The notes beneath the pieces were generated by a model. It saw only the letters and a program-made list of their open reading frames with translations. It searched no databases and was not told the DNA's origin. Below are positions 57,028 through 64,000 of a stretch of 64,000 bases of DNA, in pieces. Origin of the DNA: Gemmatimonadota bacterium (lineage in GTDB: Bacteria; Gemmatimonadota; Gemmatimonadetes; Longimicrobiales; Gaopeijiaceae); the NCBI GenBank assembly GCA_034521595.1, contig JAXHMG010000003.1, forward strand, positions 2,496,001-2,560,000, in the 5' to 3' direction. The translations under genes and the position numbers were made by a program. Position 1 is the stretch's first letter. Every line of letters starts with the position of its first letter.

Positions 57028-58884
57028 TCAGAACGTCTCGGGGCCCAGAGCGAACCACCGGCTCCGGCGCACCTCGGGGTTGAAGAAGCCGGAGCGGAAC
57101 TTGTTCAGCTCGAAGGTGACCCGGAAGATCGGGTCCGAGCCGACAGAGCCGACGGGAAAAACCACGTCGGCGCGCCAGATGTTGCGGGTTCCCGCCGGCA
57201 GCCCGATCCGCAGGCCGAAGCCGACCGAGCCCTGCCATCCGGAATCGACACCGTAAGGCACGTCCCCCGGCAGGACCCGTCCTGCCTCGCCGAACACGGT
57301 CGCGCCGAGGTCCGCCGTGTTCGGCCCGGGCCAGCCGAACGCGATCCGGTCCTCGAGCACGAACAGCAGCATGCGTCCGCCCGGCAACAGGTCCTCCGGC
57401 AACGCTCGCACTCCTTCGCGCCCCCCGAGGCTGAGCTGGTAGGGCACCGTGGTGTTCCATCCCCCTCCGACCGACGCACGCGCGAACCACGTTTGGCCCG
57501 GCAAATAGCCGCTCCGTCCGTAGAAGACCAGGTCCGCGGCCCCGAGGACGTCTTCCCATCGCCCGTTCGCCCACCGACCCTCGAGGGTAGTGCCCCCGTG
57601 CAGCAGCGACCGGCCCAGAGGAGCGGTGAAGCTGGCATGCACGCGACCGGCCAGGTCGTCCAGGCGTTCCACACCGGACGGCGCGAAGGCGGGGATTCCC
57701 TGGGCCAAGCTGATGCCCGCGAACATTCCGAGTCCAACCGTCTGCCGATCGCGCACGCCGTCGAGCCCGACGTACTCCTCGTACCGGAACCTGCGGGTAC
57801 CGAGATGGATCCCGAGCCGCGTCGCCGCCGTCGGTCGCCACTGCCTCGCCATGGCAACGGGAGGCTCACCCTCCAGCGGTAGCCGCTCGTCATACCCCTC
57901 GCCCAGCGTGATCTCGGGCACTCCGTCGTAGCGCGAGACGTCACGGGTCAGGCTGCCGCCCACGATGATCGACGCCCCCGGCTCTCCGAACCGGTGCGCC
58001 GCGGAGAGCTCGATCTCGTCGCGGAAGACCGGCACGAGCACGCGCGTGTGCTGCTCCCTTCCGCCGGTCGAATACCCGAAGAAGTCCGAGCCGCGCGAAT
58101 AACCCTCCCGCAGCGCCCACTGCCCGGCCTCCCCGAGGAACGGGTACCGGACATGCTGCTCGAAGAAGGGGCCCGACCTCGAACGCCCCCCTGCGATCCC
58201 GGCGTCCACCCTCCCGAAGAAGCGAGGCGTGGACACCCCGAACTCGTGCGTGCGCACCTCCCGGCGCTCCACGTACGTGAACTCACCGAAGACGCCCTGA
58301 CCGAGGAAGTTCTCCTCAGTCACCTGGAGCTTCTCGACGTTCGTACCCTCGTCGTAGGTCACCCCCAAGTCGACCTTCGTGGACCATTCGTCCCGGGTGG
58401 TGACGGAAGCCACGTGTCCCCCGTTGCCGTCCGACCTCGACTCGACTCGGGCGGATGCGAGGAATCCGTATTGGTCCAGGAGCCGCTCGGACTCGGACAG
58501 CAGGAACGGATCGAGGCAGTCCCCCTCCTCGAACAGGAGCTCCCTTTCGATGAACGATTCCTGGGTGTTCACGTGCAGCAGGTTGGCGAACCCGTACGCC
58601 AGGGCGAGGGGCGTGAACGGAGTTCCCTCCGGATCGAAGATGGATCGGCTTTCGACCTCGATCGCGGTGATCCGACCACTCGTGCAGACATCGTCGACCG
58701 TCAGCGTGCTGATGTCGCGGTCGGGGCCGCCGGATGCGTCGTCCTGGGCGGCGCCGGACACCGGCAGCGCGAGCATGCACCACGACGCGAGCAGCATCGA
58801 CCACGCGGGCACGGGAGCGCGGGACGGTCGAGGGCGGTGGGCGGCGAAGCCCACGAGCGTTCGTATCGAATCGGGATGCATCAC
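57028..58884 (-). CDS. Omp85/BamA-TamA-like outer membrane protein
   Basis: Signal peptide, POTRA-like IERELLFEEGD...ESERLL, barrel motif LGGREGVRA, VGFGLRIG, terminal Phe; start uncertain. Confidence 0.75.
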   Translation of the reverse strand: MMHPDSIRTLVGFAAHRPRPSRAPVPAWSMLLASWCMLALPVSGAAQDDASGGPDRDISTLTVDDVCTSGRITAIEVESRSIFDPEGTPFTPLALAYGFANLLHVNTQESFIERELLFEEGDCLDPFLLSESERLLDQYGFLASARVESRSDGNGGHVASVTTRDEWSTKVDLGVTYDEGTNVEKLQVTEENFLGQGVFGEFTYVERREVRTHEFGVSTPRFFGRVDAGIAGGRSRSGPFFEQHVRYPFLGEAGQWALREGYSRGSDFFGYSTGGREQHTRVLVPVFRDEIELSAAHRFGEPGASIIVGGSLTRDVSRYDGVPEITLGEGYDERLPLEGEPPVAMARQWRPTAATRLGIHLGTRRFRYEEYVGLDGVRDRQTVGLGMFAGISLAQGIPAFAPSGVERLDDLAGRVHASFTAPLGRSLLHGGTTLEGRWANGRWEDVLGAADLVFYGRSGYLPGQTWFARASVGGGWNTTVPYQLSLGGREGVRALPEDLLPGGRMLLFVLEDRIAFGWPGPNTADLGATVFGEAGRVLPGDVPYGVDSGWQGSVGFGLRIGLPAGTRNIWRADVVFPVGSVGSDPIFRVTFELNKFRSGFFNPEVRRSRWFALGPETF

Positions 58885-59001
58885 ACGTTACTCGGAAGGC
58901 ACGGTTCTTCCATGGACGACACGAGGGTTGCCACGGTCGCCCTTGATTGGATACCGTTTTTCGCCCTTTGTGTTGCGTCAGTCCGCGCTCCTACCCACGG
59001 A

Positions 59002-60570
59002 ATGCCAGCATTGATCTCCCTGCTCTACGGCGTCGCCGCCGTGCTCGGTGCAGCGTTCGCCGCCGTCGAGCTACGCATGCTCTACCGGTTCCTGCGGAAC
59101 CGTGCGGCCATCCGTGCCGGAAGCAGCTCGCGCGCTCAAGAACGTCACGCGGATGGTCGCGCGCAAGAGGATCTACCCCCTTCCGTGACCATCCAGTTAC
59201 CGCTCTATAACGAGCGGACCTCGGCGGAGCAAATCGTCCGCGCGGCCGCCGCACAGGATTACCCGCGGGACCGCTTCGACATCCAGGTGCTCGACGACTC
59301 CACGGACGAGACCACGGATATCGTCGCGGCGGTCGTCGACGAGCTTCGAGCCGAAGGCATCCGGATCGAGCACGTCCGACGGGCTCACCGTACAGGGTAC
59401 AAGGCGGGCGCCCTGAGCGAAGGGCTCGAGCGTTCCGACGCGGCGTTCGTGGCCCTGTTCGACGCGGACTTCGTTCCGGAATCCACGTTCCTCCGGCATC
59501 TGCTCCTGGACGCGCGTCCCTTCGACGATCCGTCCGTGGCGTTCGTCCAGGCACGCTGGTCCTGGAACGGCCGAACCGAAGGGCTCCTTCCCTCCGCCCT
59601 CGCGCTGCTCCTCGATCGGCACTTCTCCATTCAGAAGCCGACCCAGGAGTTCGTGGGTAACGTGACCACGTTCAACGGGTCGGCCGGAATCTGGCGGCGT
59701 CGGGCGATCGACGACGCCGGCGGATGGACCGCGGATACGCTCACGGAGGACCTCGACCTGAGCTATCGGTGCGCCCTGCGGGGCTGGCACGGACGTTACC
59801 TCCAGGACGTGCACGTCGCGAACGAGCTTCCGGAGCACATGCGTGCTTTCAAGCTGCAGCAACGCCGGTGGTCCAAAGGCAATGCCCAGTGCTTCAGAAA
59901 GCTCACCGGGCGTGTCGTCGGCTCGAAAGGGATGGTGCGGGATCGCTTGGACGAAGCCTTCGTGCTGGCGGGATACGCCATCCATCCGCTCCTCCTCATG
60001 AGCCTGATCCTGTGGCCCTGGGCGGTCCTGAACGTCAACCGGGTGCTGTTCTGGGGGCTCCAGGGCCTCATGTCCCTGGGCATGATCGCGGCGCTCCTCA
60101 GCTTCCTGATCACGATCCGGGAACGAGACGACCGTTGGTCGATCCGCTCGATCGGCGAAGTGCTGTTCGGCATGGGCGTGGGGATGGGTCTGATGGTCAA
60201 CAACACCGTCGGCCAGATCCAGGGCTTCCTCCAGTCGGGCGGCGAGTTCATGCGGACACCCAAAGGGTCCCAGCACGCGGAAGCCGCCCAAGCCGACGGT
60301 GGTGCGCCCGGTGGCGTCCAGGAACCGAGCGGCGCCCGGTCGCGCGCCCAGGCGGTCGCCACCCGACGTGTGAAGACTCGGCCTCGGGCCTACACGAGTC
60401 CTCTTGATTGGACCTTCTTCGCCGAGCTGCTGGTGATGGGATACTGCGCCCTCGGCGCCGGCTATCTCATTCAGTCGGGCGAGGCGTTCTGGTCCGTGCC
60501 CATGATCATGTGGGCGCTCTGCATGGCCCTGATGGTGCAACAGCAGATGCTGATGCCGCGCACGGCCTGA
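59002..60570 (+). CDS. Processive GT2 glycosyltransferase (cellulose synthase-like)
   Basis: QLPLYNE, DDS, YKAG, FDAD, TEDLD, QQRRW motifs plus TM helices. Confidence 0.92.
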   Translation: MPALISLLYGVAAVLGAAFAAVELRMLYRFLRNRAAIRAGSSSRAQERHADGRAQEDLPPSVTIQLPLYNERTSAEQIVRAAAAQDYPRDRFDIQVLDDSTDETTDIVAAVVDELRAEGIRIEHVRRAHRTGYKAGALSEGLERSDAAFVALFDADFVPESTFLRHLLLDARPFDDPSVAFVQARWSWNGRTEGLLPSALALLLDRHFSIQKPTQEFVGNVTTFNGSAGIWRRRAIDDAGGWTADTLTEDLDLSYRCALRGWHGRYLQDVHVANELPEHMRAFKLQQRRWSKGNAQCFRKLTGRVVGSKGMVRDRLDEAFVLAGYAIHPLLLMSLILWPWAVLNVNRVLFWGLQGLMSLGMIAALLSFLITIRERDDRWSIRSIGEVLFGMGVGMGLMVNNTVGQIQGFLQSGGEFMRTPKGSQHAEAAQADGGAPGGVQEPSGARSRAQAVATRRVKTRPRAYTSPLDWTFFAELLVMGYCALGAGYLIQSGEAFWSVPMIMWALCMALMVQQQMLMPRTA

Positions 60571-60578
60571 GCCGCTCC

Positions 60579-61457
60579 ATGCAGGAACCCGCACGGGGGT
60601 ACCTGACGATGGCGGTCGGTCCCGAGAAGTACCTTCAGCTCGCCGTGGACATGGCCCTTTCGTTGCGCGAGCACACGGGCCACCCGATCGCGCTGGCGGC
60701 CGATCCCGAGCTGGCCGAGTTGGCCGAGTCGCGCTACCAGCCGGTCTTCGACGCGGTCACGCACGTGCCCCGCCGCTTCCGGGACGGGCGGGCGATCAAG
60801 TACGGGGCCGCGGAAGCGTCACCCTTCGCCCAGACCATGTTCGTCGACTCCGACTGCTTCGTGCTGGGCTCGCTCGAGTACCTGTGGGCGGGGTTGGCGG
60901 AGGCGGATGTCGCCATGCTGGGCGAGATGCTCACGGAGCAGGACAACGAGAACCATCACGGCTTCTCGACCCGGCGGCTGATGCGGCGGTTCGCGCTGGA
61001 GCGCTACCTCAAGACGAACAGCGGCGTCTTCTGCTTCCGAACCGAGCCGGCGCGCGAGATCATGGACACTTGCCTCGACACGTTCCTGCGCGAGGTCCGT
61101 CCAAAGCTACGGGGCGGCGTTCTGCGGGGTGGTTGGGTCGGGGACGAGATCGGGTTCGGCGTCGTCGGGGGACGGCTGGGGCTCGGCACCCTCCCCTTTC
61201 CCCAGCCCATGTACTGGCCTCAGGAGTTCGCCGAAATCGACCTCGAACGGCCGGCCAAGCCCCTGCTGCACTTCATCTGGCCCCCCGAGCCCCCCGTGCT
61301 CGGCGCTCTTCTCGACCGCGCCGCCCGGAGGAGGGAATCCGCCCGGGTGCCCTTCGTGGGCCACGACCACTGGCTCGACGAGGTGGCGAACCTGAGACGG
61401 ATGGCGCGCCGGCGGAGGTGGTTGGAGCGACTCCGCATCTGGAAGACACGGGTCTGA
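60579..61457 (+). CDS. Putative GT-A fold glycosyltransferase (GT8-like)
   Basis: TMFVDSD (DxD), NSGVF, GDE, LLHF motifs; 8 bp after the GT2 stop. Confidence 0.6.
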   Translation: MQEPARGYLTMAVGPEKYLQLAVDMALSLREHTGHPIALAADPELAELAESRYQPVFDAVTHVPRRFRDGRAIKYGAAEASPFAQTMFVDSDCFVLGSLEYLWAGLAEADVAMLGEMLTEQDNENHHGFSTRRLMRRFALERYLKTNSGVFCFRTEPAREIMDTCLDTFLREVRPKLRGGVLRGGWVGDEIGFGVVGGRLGLGTLPFPQPMYWPQEFAEIDLERPAKPLLHFIWPPEPPVLGALLDRAARRRESARVPFVGHDHWLDEVANLRRMARRRRWLERLRIWKTRV

Positions 61458-61514
61458 CGGCCAGACCACCGGCGGCAGAAGGCCGGTAACCGTGGCCGGG
61501 AGCGCCGAGCACCA

Positions 61515-63380
61515 TCAATCCGCGATCGGGGCGTCCTCTCCGAACTGCGCCCAGTAGAGATCCCGGAACGCTCCACCGCGCTCGAGCAGCTCGTCCCATG
61601 TCCCCTGCTCCACGATCCGTCCTTCCCGCATGACCAGGATGCGGTCCGCGTCCCGGATGGTGGAGAGCCTGTGCGCGATCACGAGCAGGGTCCGTCCCTT
61701 GGCCCGTTGCTGAATGGCCCGGGCGACCCGCTGCTCGACGACGCTGTCCAGCGCGGACGTGGCCTCGTCCAGAATGAGGATCTGCGGATCGCGGAGCAAC
61801 GCCCGAGCGAGCGCCACCCGCTGTCGCTGCCCACCGGAGAGTCGAACGCCCCGGTCGCCGAGCTCGGTGTCGAGTCCGTCCGGCAGCGAGGTGAGGAACT
61901 CGCCGAGCTCCACGTCCTCGAGCGCCCGTACCAGCTCGACTTCGGGCACCGCCCGGTCGAGCCCGAAGGCAAGGTTCTCCCGCAGCGTCCGATTGAGCAG
62001 CCACACGTCCTGACTCACGATCGCCATGGTGTGGTGGAGCGAAGGAAGCGAGAGTTCACGGATATCCACGTCGTCGATGAAGATCGTGCCCGGCTCACAA
62101 TCGTAGAACCGGGCGACGAGATCGGCGAAGGTCGTCTTGCCCGCGCCGCTGGGCCCTACGACCGCGGTGACCTTCCCGGCCTCGATCTCGGTATGGATGT
62201 CCTTGAGGGTGTCCTCACCCTCCTGGTACCGGAACGAAAGCCCCCGCACCGAGATGCCCCGCTCGAGCCGCTCGAACGAACGGGACCCGCTCGGCACGAT
62301 GAACTTACCCTCGTCGACGAAGAGCCCGGCGACGGCGTCGAGCCGGGGGATCTCCTCCGCCACTTTGACGCTGAAATGACTGAGGTACTTGTAGTCCGGA
62401 AGCGCCTGCTGGAGGATGAGCAGGAAGGCGCCGAACGCCGCGAGATCGCCCGGCCGGAAATCGCCGGCGAGGTAGATCACCACCCCCTGGACGATCAGCA
62501 TGACGACGAGGATCAGGATCTCTTCGAGCGGATACCTAAGGCTGACGACCCGGTCCCGCCGCACCGCCACGTCCTGAGCCTGCCGGAGGGCCTCGGTATA
62601 CGCGTGAGACGCGGTCCGCTCCTGCGAATAGGCCTTCACCAGCGGGATCGACCCGAGGATGTCCAGAATACGGGAGCGGAGCCGTCGATCCACCTCGATG
62701 GCCTCCCTGGAGATGCGCTGCGCGGCCCGATTGATGATGCGCATCAGCACCTGGACGACCGGAAGCATCACGATGAACGCGATGGAGAGCGGCAGCGAGA
62801 TGGCCACCATGACCCCCGCCTTCACGACGAGGCCGACCGCGTACCGGAACAGCTCTTCGCCCGCTTCGAGTAGGCCGAGCACGGAGCTCGCCCACCCGAT
62901 CTCGGCATCGATATGCCCGATCGAGTGCTGGTCGAAGTATTGGCGGCCGAAGCCGAGAACGCGACCGAACGTCTCGTCGTTCACCGCCACCCGGTACCGC
63001 TCGTTCCGAGCCACGACGTACAGCTTGCGCCCGTAGTCCACCACGAGCTTGCCGATCCGCCCGAGGATGATCAGACCGACCGTGATGACGACGAGGTACG
63101 CGTCTCGCGAGGGACTGTCCGCCACGCGCTCGGGCAGCAAGGCGATCATCCAACCGAAGACCCGCGACTCGTCGAGGAAATCGAAGGAGTTCTCTGCAAC
63201 GGCGTCCGTGAGCGGCACGAGGAGGGAATACGACGCCGCCTCGAAGCCACCCGCCAAGAGCACGAGCAGGATCGGGAAGACGAGCTCCCGGACGCGCACT
63301 CCCGCGACTTGCCAGTAGTGGCGGAGCACCCCCTTCGCGGTGGGTTCGATCAGGACCGCGTCCCGGGCTTCCGTCGTCAT
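61515..63380 (-). CDS. MsbA/PglK-like fused ABC exporter
   Basis: TM domain plus GPSGAGKTT, LSGGQRQR, LDEATSALD, AHRLSTI. Confidence 0.9.
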   Translation of the reverse strand: MTTEARDAVLIEPTAKGVLRHYWQVAGVRVRELVFPILLVLLAGGFEAASYSLLVPLTDAVAENSFDFLDESRVFGWMIALLPERVADSPSRDAYLVVITVGLIILGRIGKLVVDYGRKLYVVARNERYRVAVNDETFGRVLGFGRQYFDQHSIGHIDAEIGWASSVLGLLEAGEELFRYAVGLVVKAGVMVAISLPLSIAFIVMLPVVQVLMRIINRAAQRISREAIEVDRRLRSRILDILGSIPLVKAYSQERTASHAYTEALRQAQDVAVRRDRVVSLRYPLEEILILVVMLIVQGVVIYLAGDFRPGDLAAFGAFLLILQQALPDYKYLSHFSVKVAEEIPRLDAVAGLFVDEGKFIVPSGSRSFERLERGISVRGLSFRYQEGEDTLKDIHTEIEAGKVTAVVGPSGAGKTTFADLVARFYDCEPGTIFIDDVDIRELSLPSLHHTMAIVSQDVWLLNRTLRENLAFGLDRAVPEVELVRALEDVELGEFLTSLPDGLDTELGDRGVRLSGGQRQRVALARALLRDPQILILDEATSALDSVVEQRVARAIQQRAKGRTLLVIAHRLSTIRDADRILVMREGRIVEQGTWDELLERGGAFRDLYWAQFGEDAPIAD

Positions 63381-64000
63381 CGCGCCGCTTCCACCAGCGA
63401 CCGGTAAACCGACGCGTACGCACGGGACATCCCCCCGGGAGACAGGGACCGCCGGGCGTGCTCTCGAATATCGGGGGCTCGCTCTTGCCAAGAGTCGCGG
63501 TGAGCCGCCACGTCGGCCAGGGCATCCGCCAGAGCGCGCTCGTTACGGCCGACCGCCTCTGCGGGAGGTGCGCGCACCGTCGCCGGATTCGCCGAAAGGG
63601 CATCGCCAAGAGGGTTGGGCACAAGCCGACCACGTGCCTCGATGCCCCCGACCAACTCCCGGCTACCCCCGCAGTCGCTCAGCACCAGGGGGAGGCCCAC
63701 CCAAGCCGCCTCGGACGCCGCCACGCTCCACCCCTCGAAGAACGAATCGGAGACGTACGCGTCGGCGGCCGACAGAAACGCTCCGACGTGGGGAACCGGT
63801 GGAAGCGCTCGGATGGTCCCGTCTCTGAAGAGCCGAGGAGCCGCGCCGCGCACCTCGCGAAAGTACGGGCGCTCGGCCCTGGGGCCCGCGAGGATGAGCC
63901 GTGCCCTCGGCACCGATCGAGCGACCTCCGAGAACGCTCGCACCAGGCCGACGAGGTTCTTCTGACGGGCCATCCGGCCGTGGTGGACGAACACGACCTG
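63377..64000 (-). CDS. GT4 (GT-B) glycosyltransferase, 3' part (runs off window end)
   Basis: GRMARQKN, SFFEGWSVAASEA (E-x7-E), SDCGG; ATGA overlap with the ABC gene. Confidence 0.85.
   Translation of the reverse strand, partial: QVVFVHHGRMARQKNLVGLVRAFSEVARSVPRARLILAGPRAERPYFREVRGAAPRLFRDGTIRALPPVPHVGAFLSAADAYVSDSFFEGWSVAASEAAWVGLPLVLSDCGGSRELVGGIEARGRLVPNPLGDALSANPATVRAPPAEAVGRNERALADALADVAAHRDSWQERAPDIREHARRSLSPGGMSRAYASVYRSLVEAAR

Noticed and set aside
57994-59001. Apparent 336-aa N-terminal extension of the GT2
   Set aside because: It is antisense to the Omp85 gene; the recognisable GT2 begins at ATG 59002.
1-64000. tRNA, rRNA, prophage, transposase or defence genes
   Set aside because: None recognised by eye; tRNAscan-SE, Infernal and DefenseFinder runs would be needed to exclude them formally.

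Overview
GC-rich bacterial chromosomal window, densely coding (about 66 CDS), from a diderm with TonB-dependent, Omp85 and Mla systems. The gene content suggests Gemmatimonadota, but that is inference only. Blocks from left to right: an isocitrate/isopropylmalate dehydrogenase fragment; a cupin-SDR-ilvE operon; an orphan ccmH-like gene; a TRAP transporter split across both strands with an O-methyltransferase; a long minus-strand phosphate cluster (TonB-dependent receptor, two lipoproteins, short LeuA-like synthase, phoB-phoR, pstSCAB-phoU); a SIMPL/DUF1499/DUF445 operon; a transglutaminase-like protein with an ABC exporter and two small membrane ORFs; a tightly coupled run headed by PTPS-folE-SDR; a probable 6S RNA; nfo, fumC, SDRs, trxB and an FNR; mlaEFD; a site-2 protease; rho; three covarying hairpin repeats; thyX; an Omp85 protein; and a glycosyltransferase/MsbA-like locus. 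I saw no tRNA, rRNA, CRISPR array or transposase. Best leads: (1) a GTTAC 11-bp-period Pho-box-like motif shared by the pstS and TonB-receptor promoters, suggesting a phosphate-starvation outer-membrane uptake module; (2) a tetrahydrobiopterin-type pterin operon; (3) an unannotated structured repeat family with compensatory stem changes downstream of rho. Start codons were chosen by eye and no database searches were run.
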